A stretch of DNA of 64,000 nucleotides from Marsupella aquatica (lineage: Eukaryota; Plantae; Marchantiophyta): assembly GCA_973895155.1 (NCBI GenBank), contig OZ316891.1:30635112-30699111 (forward strand), in the 5' to 3' direction. Below are positions 1 to 12,668 of the stretch, piece after piece. A program made the position numbers and the translations under genes. Numbering within the stretch: the stretch's first letter is position 1; each line of letters opens with the position of its first letter. The notes beneath the pieces were generated by a model, which saw only the letters and a program-made list of their open reading frames with translations, made no database searches and was not told where the DNA came from.

Positions 1-741
1 GCTCTATCCTTAGTCTATTTTACAATCTAAGATTCAGGAGAGGATTTAAAGACTGCAAGGAAGGCTCCCTCCTTAGTCTAATTCCAAACTAAAATTCAGG
101 AAAGCGCTTAAAGGCTCATGGGAAGGCTTGCTCCTAAACATAAACGCACAAGTTTAGGGAGGGGAGGGGAAGGTGCAAAGGCCAAGCTATGATCAAACAT
201 GCTATCCAGGGCTGGGGCTAGTTGACGGTGGAGTCTCTCCTTAGTCTAATTTACAAAAAAATTCAGGATTGGACTTAAAGACTGCAGGGAACGCTCTGTA
301 TTTCACAAGCCCCAATATTACATGTTAGCACACTGAACATTAATGTATTAAAATACCCCCCCCCCCCCCCCCCCACTTTGATGGAAGTGTAGCTTACCTA
401 CTCTTCTAAAATATCCCCAAAACCAAAATCATTTGAGTGTCTGACTATCAAATTGTTACACAAGTAAACTCCAATTTTTGGGAATGTGGTCCATGGGGGT
501 TTCAAAAGACCAACCTTGGGGGTTTCAGAGACCAACCTTGTGGTCCACAGGGACTTGAAATTCCTCTATCCTTCGACTAATTTCCAAAACTGAAATTCAG
601 GAAAGGGCCTAAATAAAGGCAATGGAAGGCTTGCTCCTAGTTATTAGAAGCGCACAAGCTGAGGGAGTGGAGAGGAAGGTGCAAAGGCCCAGCCATGATG
701 CGACATGCCATCCAGGGCTTTGGGCTACTTGACGGTGGAGT
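1..741. repeat. Degenerate direct repeats upstream of the F-box gene, plus a poly-C tract
   Basis: Segment ~68-231 (ccttagtctaattccaaa...ttgacggtggagt) recurs at ~564-741. A ~60-bp unit 'ccttagtcta...attcagga...taaagactgca' occurs at ~8, ~70 and ~239. C-run at 356-374. Confidence 0.7.
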
Positions 742-790
742 GGGCTCGGCGCATTTCCGCAGTCACCCATCCCTCCCTCCCCACACCACA

Positions 791-1097
791 CCCCTTTCCT
801 TTCCTTTCCTTTCCTTTCCTTCGTTCGTTTGTTCACTGATCATCAACATTCATACGGAGTATATTCTCTCTGCCTTTGCCCTTCTCCCGGTCTCGTCTCG
901 TCTCGTCTCGTCTCGTCTCGGCTGCCTTTCTGTCCACCTCCGTCCGCTTCCGTCTCGTGTTGTCCTCCTCCCCTCGATCCTCCGGCTCGCCTTTCCATCG
1001 CCTCGCTCTCTCTTTCTCGCTCGCTCTCTCGCTCTCTCGCTCTTTCTCTCTGTTTCCCTCTGGCATCCGCTATCGATATCGCTCGCTTTTCCTCCGG

Positions 1098-1129
<32 letters not shown>

Positions 1130-1320
1130 CGAGACAGCCAGCCATGAGCATATCTGTCTGCTACTCGGCCTCGGCCTCGGCCTCGCGATTGTCCTCCTTT
1201 TGTTCGCCAATTACGCATTGTGGTGGCTTTTGGTCGCTTCTTTGATGGGAGTGGCTTGCTAATCCGGTGCCGTGCGCAAGCACTACCGACCTGTCGGTCG
1301 GTCTGTCTGTCTGTCTGTCT
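791..1320 (+). repeat. Microsatellite-rich leader/promoter: (CCTTT)n, (GTCTC)n, (CT/CTCG)n, (GGCA)n, (GTCT)n
   Basis: Directly visible tandem arrays, typical of pyrimidine-rich plant 5' UTRs. They explain the low-complexity ORFs listed here in the track. Confidence 0.85.
1144..1245 (+). other. Candidate upstream ORF (33 aa) in the F-box/Kelch leader
   Basis: gccATGa at 1144 encodes MSISVCYSASASASRLSSFCSPITHCGGFWSLL*. It precedes a putative leader intron (donor GC|GTATGT at 1395, acceptor tttaacAG at 3644). Confidence 0.4.
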
Positions 1321-3674
1321 GCTCGGGCCGCAGTTCAGACCTGCAATCCGGCGACCTGGCTCGTTCGCTCGTCGGGCGTGACTGCTTTGCTTGCGTATGT
1401 GCTCGATTGCTTGTTTGGTTGAGCAGTTGTCAGGAGTCATTGCCATAGAGGGATGCTCGCTCGCCTCTGCTGCTGGGGAATTGGTCGGTCTGATTCTTCG
1501 GAAGTGTTCACTTTCGGGAGCGCTGGTGGTGTTGCGGGGACGTAGAGGCGTACAGAGATAGAGAGGTAGAGGGATTGCAGTTGGCGATGCGATTGCTATC
1601 TTGAATGGAATCGATTGCTTTGGCGTGGTTCGGTTCGGTTCATCGGGGTCGGTGATGGTTCATGAAGGAGGTATTGAGAGGTGAGAGGAGGTTTGCGGGC
1701 TAAGTTGTGGTTAGGGGGGGGCGCAAGGGGGATAGATTGCGATAGATTTGCCAGGAGGGAGGGAGGGAGAGGGTGTAATTGAAGTCGTTAGGCAAGGATT
1801 TGGAGTTGATTGGCTGTTAAGAGTGAGATTTTGTTCCGTTCAGGTCTATTCTGGAATGGTAGAGGTATTGTTGTCTTGTCCTTAAGATAATTGGCGGAGA
1901 GGATGACAGCCAAACCTTGTGCTCGTCGTTGAGTAAGGTTGGTGCGGAGTAACTGCGGTAGAGCTGCGGTAGAAACCCTTCAGGCGTTAGGAAATTGGAG
2001 CTTGGATCACAATGAGTTGACCTTAGCGTTCGACGATCTCCACCTTTCTTCTACCCGCGAGACAAGTAGAAGAAACTTTGAGTATTCTTGAAAGTATAAC
2101 ACCCTTGGAATTGGACGGGAGAAAATCATTGTAGAATCGCGGGACCGTTTCCTCCCTATCTTTGGGAAGAAGTCAGTCCCCGACAATGTAATCGGTCACT
2201 TCTTTGATTTTGTCGTTGGTCTAGCAGCAATTGAAGAGGGAGGGAGGCCGTTCGTGTTGTGATAGCACCTCGCTGGCTGCGTCGTCGTCAACGGCATTCC
2301 GCCTCGGTTGATTTCGATTGAGGAGCCTTCGTGGCTGTTGGACCGAAGGTTAGTTGTCCTTACTATGGCTTCATGGACTTTGTTTCCTAGACTTGTCAGG
2401 CAGTCATCTTGGTCGGGGTCGGGGTACGGTATCCTACTGCCTCATAGTTGTGTAAGACATGCCGTCGTTGACGACTGGGACGCCAAGTAGGCTCCAATTG
2501 TTTTGTTCCGTCTCTTGCTGCAGAGCTGGGCTCAGGATTTGGTCCCTACTTAATTTGGGCTTAGGGGTCAAGCAGGACACCTCACTAGTCACACTTTGCC
2601 GAACTCTGATCCCTGTATGAAGCTTTCAACCCACACAACAGTCTTGGGGTCAGCTTGGTTCATCGTGAATACCGGTGACGGTGGTCTCCAGTATCCCGTC
2701 ATAGAGCTTTCCCCATTGTCAGGAAGTATTACACAGAAGTACTGGAAGTGAATTTTATATCATCTGAAAGTCGACTTTGCTCTAGGGATGCGCCTTACAA
2801 ATAGTGTATAGTTCAGATTTCCTCCCTTCATTCCGAAAGTAAGAAGAAGCGAAGGTCCTGCCAGCCAGCCAGCGGGATGTCTCAAGAATGACGGGTTTAC
2901 AGGGTCGGTGGACAACTTACTTCCGTTCGAAGTGTAATGGTGCTTTAGACCGCCGCATCACAGAATGGGGTACTTGTCCACTCGGCTAGAGAATGAACTC
3001 CTTCTCCGGACCTCATCACTGACCTCCGGGTCGGCGTGTTGCTTTACAATGTGTTCCCGTTGTGCTACTCAGTCGTGGATTAATTCACTTAGCAGTCCCT
3101 GTGGATAGTAGCACTCTGAAATTCTGTGCTTGGAAAATTTTCTTCCTTGCGGGGCAGAAGCAGAAGCTGTTGCTGTACCTAAGGTGCATGACGATTAAAC
3201 TTCATTGCGGCGTTGCTCGGTATAAGCTGATGTAGGCTCTGCTGCTACTAGTATCAGCTTTCTTCCTGTTCAAAGAAACTGGTGGCATCTTTATGTCATG
3301 ATTGTTGTTCCAATGTTATCCTGTTGGTTCCGAATGCACTCATTGCCGAGTCAAGCCTGACATACGCTGTTTCCGTGCTTCACCACCCACAAGAGTGAAG
3401 CAAATTTGGAAATATGACTATTTAGCCACGTCGACCCGTCCTTGGATTTGCAAAGCTGGTTCCTTTGATGAAAAAAAAAAAGAATAAATGCGGATACTTC
3501 ACTGTGTTTCCATGTGATACTACTTGTCTTGCAAAAGTAGGGACTCGTAGCTTTCTGTCTCAGCCTACGATTTCCTTCACGAAGTGGACTAGGTCTGATG
3601 CATTTGATAGTTTGCCAGGTGTGTACTTCATGTCTCTTTAACAGGGTCGAGAAGTGAAGACTCATCAAAGGGAC

Positions 3675-4931
3675 ATGGCAACCGTCGAAGTGAAACACTC
3701 TGAGCTACTGCCAACTGAACCGAAGCTTGATGAAGCAATGGCAATGGTTGGAATTAAACATGGAGAAGGAAAACGTGCTGAAGCAGGAACAACAGTGGAA
3801 CTGAAACTTGGTGAAGCAAAGCATTCGGACAGGAGACGTGGAGTGAAGAGAAAAATTGAGGAGAAAGAGAATAAATGCTTGATTCCGCGTCTTCCTAATG
3901 AGATTGCATTGTTATGTTTGGCCCGCGTGCCTCGTGCACATCATCACGTTCTCAGTGCTGTGTGTCGAAGTTGGTGGCAATTGCTTCATGACAAAGTATT
4001 CTCAGATGTCAGGCAAGAGCTATCACTTGCTGAAGAGTGGCTGTTCCTTTGGACTCAAGATGCATTTCGATGCAATGTGTGGCATGGCTTTGACCCATCT
4101 TCCAACAAGTGGTTTGAGCTGCCCCCCTTACCAAATGAACACAGGACAGCTGGCAGTTCGGCTTCCGCTGTGGTTGATGGGAAATTGTTCGTGATTGGGG
4201 GACAGCTCATAAGCTCTGGCAATGCTTGTAATTTTGTCTCCTATTTTGATATGCGCCACTACTGTTGGAAAACAGCTGCCAATCTCAACATTGCACGGGC
4301 AAAGTGCATGGCAGGGGTCATCAATGGTCAGCTGTATGTTGTTGGTGGCTTCACTGAGAGGGATCAGAATGCAGGTGCCACAGCAGAGGCTTATGATCCA
4401 GCTACTAATCAATGGAGGCTCATTTCGAGTATGAAGATTCCCATGGAACTTTACGACAGCGCAGTGCTTGCTGGAAAGTTCTATGTAGTCAACTCCTCCA
4501 GTGAGAATTTGGTAGGATTGGTGTACGACCCACAGAAAGACGAGTGGGTGGATATGGCCAATGGGCTTAATACAGGATGGCAATCTAAAACAGCTGCACT
4601 GAATGGAAAGCTCTATGCTGTGGGAGACTCACATTCTACTGAAGGGAAAAACGAGATTTCGGTTTACAATGGCAGCAAGGACGTTTGGGAATCAATCAAA
4701 GGGGTCTTGGACGACAGTGCCCCCGTCCTTTCATGGGGTCCAGAGCTCGTCAGTCTTGGGGGAAGGCTCTGTATTGTTGGTACAGGCAGTCGTGCTGCCG
4801 TTGCAGTGGTAGAGATCAATGAAACAGCTAAAAGCACAGTAGCAAATCTGACCTTTTATGAGGACATCACACGGAAGATCCAATTCACGGATCCACTGCC
4901 ACGTGGAGCTTGTCAAGTGCTTGCCCTCTGA
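3675..4931 (+). CDS. F-box/Kelch-repeat protein (SCF substrate receptor), intronless CDS
   Basis: F-box LIPRLPNEIALLCLARVP...VCRSW and Kelch repeats (VDGKLFVIGG, INGQLYVVGG, AEAYDPATNQW, YDPQKDEW). First ATG is 3675, 30 nt after the acceptor at 3644; the track's 3654 start is GTG. Confidence 0.95.
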   Translation: MATVEVKHSELLPTEPKLDEAMAMVGIKHGEGKRAEAGTTVELKLGEAKHSDRRRGVKRKIEEKENKCLIPRLPNEIALLCLARVPRAHHHVLSAVCRSWWQLLHDKVFSDVRQELSLAEEWLFLWTQDAFRCNVWHGFDPSSNKWFELPPLPNEHRTAGSSASAVVDGKLFVIGGQLISSGNACNFVSYFDMRHYCWKTAANLNIARAKCMAGVINGQLYVVGGFTERDQNAGATAEAYDPATNQWRLISSMKIPMELYDSAVLAGKFYVVNSSSENLVGLVYDPQKDEWVDMANGLNTGWQSKTAALNGKLYAVGDSHSTEGKNEISVYNGSKDVWESIKGVLDDSAPVLSWGPELVSLGGRLCIVGTGSRAAVAVVEINETAKSTVANLTFYEDITRKIQFTDPLPRGACQVLAL

Positions 4932-7225
4932 GCTAGATGACTCCTCGTGCATTAGTTCGTGATTTGGAGCATAATGAGATGTCGTGCGTCAGACAATTTG
5001 AACTGCCCCAACTATTCCACCAAATTGTGTCCCAGTTTTCTCCACTCCACCGACATGCTGCCCATTGATAGTATTCAGGACTACCACAAGATCTTATGAT
5101 TCTCTCGACATCTTTGCCTTCAAAAACTCAACTCTGTGCTGCTTCATTCTGTAGCTCAGCAACGAGTGTGATTACGGATATATGGTCGAGGCTCTTGAAG
5201 AAATACAGAGAAATACATGCTGAGAGGGTGCCGTGAGGCTGGTCGCCAGAAAACTCTGTCCGTCCTCTTTGTACAGAAAGCATTACTGGGTATCATGTAG
5301 AAACACGAGCTTTTTCAAGACTCACATGATGATGCCTGAGTATTCAGATAGGCAGGAAATTGATATAAGTAGTACTCCACTTGCATCCCATGGCTTCAAA
5401 TTCTAAGATGTTGGCCCCAAACTTTCGGGATTGTTGAGTCTCGTAGTATATTAAGGTCACCTAGACAAGTTGTCAATTTTTTTTTATTCATCACTATCAG
5501 ATGAATTGGTAGTGTAGTCTTGATTCTTTTGTCAGGGTGGGATTTAGGAAAAACTCAGACCTCGGGTTTTGGGCGAGTACTGTGTCTTGTGTCCACTACT
5601 GCTTGGCATTGTAGAGTATGAGCTCCTAGTGTAGAGCTTAGAATGACCTCGAGGGGATCCGAGTATCTTTCATCCTGGGTACAATATATCACACCTTTCT
5701 TCTAACTGGAATGTGCCTCGGCAGTTTAAAAGATATAATTCTTCTTCCATTTCCTCCAGCTACTTGTAGAGGTTGATGACCAAATATGACGCGAATTGGC
5801 CCTTCACAAAAGCTCCAGTTGTGGCAGGAATGCAGCTCCTGTAAATTTCATGAAGAATCCACCTTTTCGTTGCATCTCACCTGATGTTATTTTATCCTTA
5901 TGAGGTGTTACTGTCCGGTTACACCCAATGCACGACGTTCATTGAAGTCTGTCTAGTACCACCTACAAGGATTTAATACTCGTTGTCACTGAAGTCTTGT
6001 ACTGTTCCCTGACAATAAAAGCTCTGGTTGTTTCCTTGGAGGAACTTGCTCCATGATGTCAATGAGTCCGGAGAGTACAGTAACTTGATTGAGATCCGTG
6101 TGGTGAAATTTTTACCTGACGATAATTTCTCGCCGTGCATGAAAGACCGGCTAATTCACAAGCTTCGTCGATGGAGCATATTTCCGCGCTCCTCGGGTTC
6201 AGCTTAGCTCCTCTCTCCCTGGCCACGGACTGGAACTATCAAAATTTGAATCTCCTAGACAGCTCCTTCGGTACCTGGTAAGGGATCAGGCAATGTAAAT
6301 CAGGAGTGGGCATTGACAATTTGAATGAAAATTTATGACATTTACTAAGGCGGGGATTTGAGGCACTTCAATGTTTGCACTTCAATGTTTCCCTTCCCAA
6401 CAAGGCCAATGTTAACTCTGCGGTTCTAGATTGTCATTCCCTCCGTTGAGCTAAAGTTTTATTTACATCGACACATTCTTCCTCTATCGTTTTCGAACAA
6501 ATAGCAATGAAAGTTCTCATTCCGAAAGAAGCAGAGAAAGGGAGGGACAGGTCCGCAACATTTGTGTTGAGTTTACAACACAAATGTAATGGATTGTTTG
6601 AACATGGATGTAGCCCTCTGAGTTTTTGGGGGACTTCACGTAGTATTACATTTCATTTGCAGAGCACACAAAGAGGGTATGGAAGAACGGGCCAAAGGTT
6701 GACATGACTTTCCGATAAACTACGCTTATGCTTCCATGTGAAGAAGGCAATCCTTATCGAACTGCTCTGAGCGAACTATAGTAGGGATGTAACTCGCTGA
6801 GCTCAAAACGATTTCAATCCATCTCACAGCATTCTGTTCCCTGCACATGGCAAGCAAAGCTGTTTTGTTTGATCGTCTGAGTCGATTATTACGCCCACCC
6901 GATCTATCTTCAAAAGCGCAAGAAATGCGCTAGCATTAACCCGTTGCGGCTTTCCAAGTTCGAGATGCAGGGTTTGCATTATTGTTTACTAGACTTCAAC
7001 ATTACCGACATTTTGATATGCAATCACACTATTTTTTAGCGCAGGAGGGAGTTGAGAACAGCTTAATTTGAGCTGTATACAATCGATCTCAGATGCGAAA
7101 ACATTCAGGGTTGGCAAATGGGAAGAAACAACGACATTTACTTGGATTGGCCGTCGCGATTTTCCAGCAAATCAGTCGACACCGAGTTCCGAGCCCGCCC
7201 ATTGATTCAATCCTCGATCACCAAC

Positions 7226-7530
7226 ATGCCAAGCATCGTGACTGGCCTCTAATCAAGGGACGCTGTCTCGATCTCACAAGGCGCAGCGAGCTCATCTGCT
7301 GGCGCCGAAGATACTACAGTGAAGTCGCTGAAAATCTTCAAAGCCAAGCGGAGTGACCCAACAAACAAGCTCCTCCTGGTTCCGAAATCCGACCACAGAT
7401 GTCCGATGAGATGGACATAAGAGCAGACATTTCGGGAAACGAAATGTCTGGCAAGCTGACCTCAAACCCAATCCTTACTGCTCTACAAGGGCTGCAGCTT
7501 GGGCAGCGCGGACCCATCTTCGCGGCTTGA
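7226..7530 (+). pseudogene. Decayed fragment of a plant LRR N-terminal cap plus first LRR (RLK/RLP-like)
   Basis: One frame reads EDTTVKSLKIFKAKRSDPTNKL...VPKSDHRCPMRWT, resembling LRRNT_2 (ALLAFK..LSDP...LSSW...DPC..W). A shifted frame reads DISGNEMSGKL, resembling LDLSxNxLSGxL. Stops and frameshifts are present. Confidence 0.5.
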
Positions 7531-8209
7531 ATTTCTCTGAGTATTTCATCACATCTTGGTGATCCTACGACTGAAAGCTTCAATGTCGCACGAAGGAGTT
7601 CAAAACACTGAGGACCGAGGATTTAAAGCCCCGTCCTGTCTTTTCCCGCGCACTGGACGCGGGAAACGAAATGCAATGTAACCGTACCTGATTTATAACC
7701 GTGGTTAATACCCCTAACCGTCAGGTACGAGAGCGAATGACTGTGGGGCCGTTTCCATGTAGCGGCCCCACTGTAGCAGCATGGCTTACTGGGGGCAAGG
7801 TTCCATGGGCAGAGGGGATGAAATGGGTATGAACACTCCCCCTTCCACCCCCTGGTCCCAGAGGATAGGTAGTAGTGAGGGACTATGAAGTTAGCAAATA
7901 TAATAGCTTTCAAATTATAATGTAACACCAAACAATATTTCTACAATTTCTCATTTTCTGACTTTAAAACTGTGAAAAAATAGGAAACTAAAGCCTGAAT
8001 TGCTACATTGAGTCCAACTATCCCCATGGAATGTGACAAGGAGACAGACTATTTTACATTCAATCATGAAACAGTAAACTTCAAATGGATGACAAATGCT
8101 CTCATTGATTGTTTATTTACATTTTTATTTATAGTAAAAACTATTGTGTGCAAGTAAAAGTCAAATTAAAAATCTGGATAGAAAGGACTAAAGGTGCATA
8201 TTTGAAATC

Positions 8210-8345
8210 TCTGGTAGCTCCGCAGCGGCAAAGTACTCAAAGCTTTCCTTGTAACAAGAGCTGTGCCGTATGAAAAACATAATTTCTGGTAGCTCTGCAA
8301 TGGAAAAATGACGAGGAGCATTCTTTGTAACAAGAGCAGCGCTTT
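8210..8345. repeat. Two imperfect ~76-bp tandem units
   Basis: tctggtagctc(c/t)gca...ttgtaacaagagc occurs twice, within an AT-rich, ORF-poor, TE-like tract (~7.6-12.7 kb). Confidence 0.6.
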
Positions 8346-11300
8346 CTGAAAATTAGGATTTATCAACAATTTTCCCAAAAAAGAAAATGTCAAGTAGCTC
8401 TATAACAATTAAATTAGTCAAAACACTCTCTGCTTACTATAACCCATTTCCTTGTACTATCCTCCCATCTGCCTCCCCCTCATAATTTCTTTTCCTCACG
8501 CCTCATGTGTCCTCAACTTCCATCTCCTGTACAGAATTTCTAAGAAGTGTAGACCTCGCCCACATACTGACCCCGAACACAAGGGGGCTGTTTGGGAGGC
8601 CTAGGCCATGCTTTACTTACTCATCTCAATTTATACCCCTTGTTTCTAACATTGTTCCAATGATCTTCCAATTTGTAACACAGCCCATATGTAGCTAAGG
8701 GTGCACTCAATCACACCAAAAGTGAGTTACTCAAAGTTTTTGTAACTGTCTAATTATCCGAGCATAATCTATTGTTGTTTCCACTTGACTGAACTTGCCC
8801 TAGAGGAAAACTTGTAAGTGAAAATTGTGTTTACTACATAGTTTGGGCTAAAATCCACTCCTTTCATTTTCTTTATCTCCTAGTACCCCTAGTTGTCATC
8901 TGTCGTGTTGGCTTTTGAGAGCGTAGTGTCAAAAGACCTTGCCAATGCTGATGACTCTTCTTCAAAGGCAACTTAAGTTGGCTATGATTGAATTACGCTC
9001 CCCCTCATGTGCATCCGACTATGAATGAGGGAGCCAATGCACTTGCATTGCCTGGTCAGTGACATGGAAAGCTTACTCTCGGGTGTCACTGCTTCAGTAT
9101 CATTGTTTTAAGGAACACAGATCCCTAGGTTCCTCTTTATGAGAGTTGGGAATTATACCTATCATATGTATACTTTGTAACCATGACTGAAAACTGCATT
9201 GCACTTTGCCACTTGAGAGTACTGAGCAAGTTGCTCAGAGAATCTACATCAAACCCTTGTGGTGTGCCAACGTTTCTAGTTCTACGATAGAAAGGCCATA
9301 AACCAGACAAACTTCCTTGGCGGAACTATAACAGTTCAAACCATGTTTTGCACCTTGACCAAATACTGCCTACATGCAATCTAACAGGATTGAATAGTCT
9401 CATAGGGAAGCAAAACAATTGCAACAGCCAACTTGATATGGTTAGATGGCACCATGGACTACAACATACTTTGACATGATGTTATTTCATCTTATCAGAG
9501 ATCTATTTAGTAGGTGTGTTACCATAACAAATGTCTCCAGCAATAAAAAATTATAGTTTTGTCTTCAATGTTCTCTCAAGCAAATATTCAAGCATGTTCA
9601 AAACGGACTCGCCCCTATCAATCAAACAAATGATATTGTTGTTGGACCGTGAGCTTGCCGTGGCTTGCCATGGCTGCATTGGCATCAATGATGTGAGGAA
9701 GAGAGTAAGGTAGCAAGGTCGTGTCTCTAGTGAATTGATTGGAGAAGAAAAGAAAAGAAAATGAGAGATAAATGAAATGATTTGAGGATTCAGGGAGTTC
9801 AAGCAACCTGGCATTCGACTTCACAAAATGTTCAAGCTTTAAAAAATAATAACCTTGAATAGTAGCAGTTTTCAAATCTAAACAACTAGAGCCTTTGTAA
9901 CAACAAGTTCAATGGATCCATGGCCAACATCCAAAGCTTTCACTTGTCAAGAATTGAGTTGCTTTCCTCCCATGTAGAGTCCCTACAACTAATTGGAGTA
10001 AAGATTCACCCTCATCAAGAGTAGGTTGCTCAAAGTTTATGATATACCAACGATGCTGAATCCGACATAGAGCACTTGTGGACATCTGCCAATGAGTCAA
10101 ATGGCTGCCATGTTTCTCTATCTCTTCTAAGTGACCTTTTGAGAAATCTGGCTAAGGGAGTCTAATCTTGTGAAGAGATTATGATGACAACACAGTATTG
10201 GCAGAAATTCTTGTAGATAGAGAGATTAGCTGAATGCAATAACACTTAGCAATGGCCAAGTCAACACATAGCACAAATCATATCATCACATTACTGGTCC
10301 ACAAAGACACTTTATTTGTTAAGACGTGCACCTAGTCATTCGTGTTAGAAGAACACATAGCAACGAAGATCCTAAATTTTCAGGTACATCAATGTGGAAA
10401 GTGTCACAACTATCAGGGCCAACATATTTTCCAAGAGAGATTCCAAGTAGGTTTGTATTGTGCAACTCCAATTGCAAAGTGTAATTAAGAATCTTTCATT
10501 TTAACAATAAAATTACAATGGAATCTTTGCTTTGTAAGTATAAACCAAAGTGTAGCTTTGTAAAATGATGAGTTTATGAAGTTAGACAAGCATAGATAGA
10601 TAACAATTGCGGTGCTAGTTGTTGTAGAGGCATTCCATTATGTAAGTGTGATTAGCCATTGTTAGTAACCTGAACATTGCAAAATTATGAATCCAACAAG
10701 TCTCCTATTCATATCAGCAAAGATACTCTTAATCATTTGTCAAATTTGTTGTTCGAACAGACTGCATCAACTGGAATTAAATTGCAGTTTACACTTGTTG
10801 CACTACAACCCCAGGGTCATCTTTCAGCTCCCGTCCTTAGGGCAAGTCAAGTCATGCAATGGGCTGATTCATGCTACAAGTTTATGCTACCTTAAGCTGC
10901 AGCAGTAACGAGACATGTAATAATTCTAGGCTAGCAAGAAATCTGATAGAAAAACAATATGTACATGCAACATGCGACAAAAGTCATATCTGTTGGCCAC
11001 AAGCCATGTGCAAGTGGGGTCTGTTGTGGTCTGTTGATAATGTCGCCTTGGATAGTGGGAAGAATGAAGTGAAATGTGAAGATTACCTATTGTGAATGGA
11101 ATTAGAACTTTATGACAGTGGCGGTATTGGCTAGTGCAAAACTGACTATAGCTAAAGAAGAGGAGATCCCGGAGGAGATCATGTGTAAAATGCATCATCA
11201 AGCAAGATCATGTGTGCTGCACACATGAACTGCACACGTGAACGCATGCAAAGTTTGGCAGGGAAATTGTAATTCTAAATGATAAGCCCTAGTAGTGTGC

Positions 11301-12581
11301 ATAATTTATAGAGACCAACAATGGCCATAAGATTTAGGGTCGCCATCAGTGAATGAATGGCTCATTCCTTGATTCTCATTGGCTCATGAAGTAATGAATG
11401 CAACCACTACACAATAGCTAGTACCAATGCTTATTCATGTATTGGGCATGTCTGCTTTCTTTACTTGAGCCTGACAAAAGCATTTCTGCTTCAGTCTAGT
11501 TTTGGGCTCAAATAGGTCTCACTAGTCTTTCACCATAGCAGCAGCTAGAGTAGCAAAGGCCATATAGAGGAACTGAAATTGAATTACGCAAAAGGACGAT
11601 GATGCTGAGAATTAATGCAAACTGTGTAGCTTTCCAATTTGCAAAATTTGCATGATGGACACATCAAATCTCACTTGTTCAAAATATACATCCATCCCAA
11701 AAGAACTTCAATCATATGGATAGGATAGGGACACTACGCCTTTGATGGTTCAAACCCTGCCAAAGGACCCAACCACAACAAAGAGTCATGTACACTGCAC
11801 ACTTCTACAGGGCTGTGGGAGTGAAAAGAATAAAAATAAAAATGGTGAAGTGCTCTTTAAGATATTGAGAGTAACAATTGGTGGTTACTGATTTAAACTC
11901 TCAAATTTAACTATTCCTGCTACTTGAGCCTCTCGAACCTTGACCCACTCATCTTTCTCTTTTAAGAGCATCAGTTAAAAACTTGCCTTTGAGCAGGAAC
12001 CCACCCTAAGGCAGGGTAGGTCCAAACAAGACTACTGGCTTTTTGTTAGGAATACACAGCAAAAGATGCAGAGTTGAAACAAGGTACAACACGAGCAAGG
12101 GCTAAGGAGATGGCACCATAGCCGAGGTGGGAGAGAATAGAATAGTTCAAGTTTCTTGTGACCTAAACTCTCTTTGGTCAGTGGCCTGGAATTCAAACTA
12201 ACTTATTTTTAAGGAAATCTATAAAACCCCACAGAAAGGGAAGAGTTAGCCCACAACAGTTGAACCCAAAACCTATCAGTCTCTACTCAAGTGAGCTACC
12301 ACAAAGTTAAGTTATGCCTCTCTGGGCAGTACAGACCAGTTTCATTGAGTAGGAAACAAAAAAGAAACTCATCTTGAGTTTTCTGGGTTAAGTAAATTCT
12401 AGGCATATTTTTACTATTACTCAGTTTTAGGCAGGTCCCATCAGAGTGGTCACCGAGTCTATTATTCTCTCCACTAGCTTGAATGCTCGAGCTTTGCTCA
12501 TCAATAGATGCTGATTACCATGACAATTCCAGTCGCGCCCCACCCACCCAACCCCCCCAACCTTAGCTGTGCCCCAGAGTC

Positions 12582-12668
12582 ATAACCCATAACTGGGGAG
12601 TTAGAGTGCACCAATCCTTATGGTCTATGAATTTCATAACCCATAACTGGGGAGTTAAAGTGCATCAA
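12582..12668. repeat. 33-bp direct repeat
   Basis: ataacccataactggggagtta(g/a)agtgca(c/t)caa at 12582 and 12636. Confidence 0.8.

Noticed and set aside
609-1446. Stack of overlapping 75-198 aa ORFs on both strands
   Set aside because: They are products of stop-free microsatellites (SSRLV, QAGR, RERE repeats) with no domain signal.
8900-11900. Possible transposase remnant in the AT-rich tract
   Set aside because: I could not recover any diagnostic DDE, hAT or MULE motif by eye, so it is left uncalled.
12255-12305. tRNA-like A/B boxes on the - strand (gtggtagctca...ttgggttcaac)
   Set aside because: Too short for a cloverleaf, with no acceptor or anticodon stem; at most a SINE scrap.
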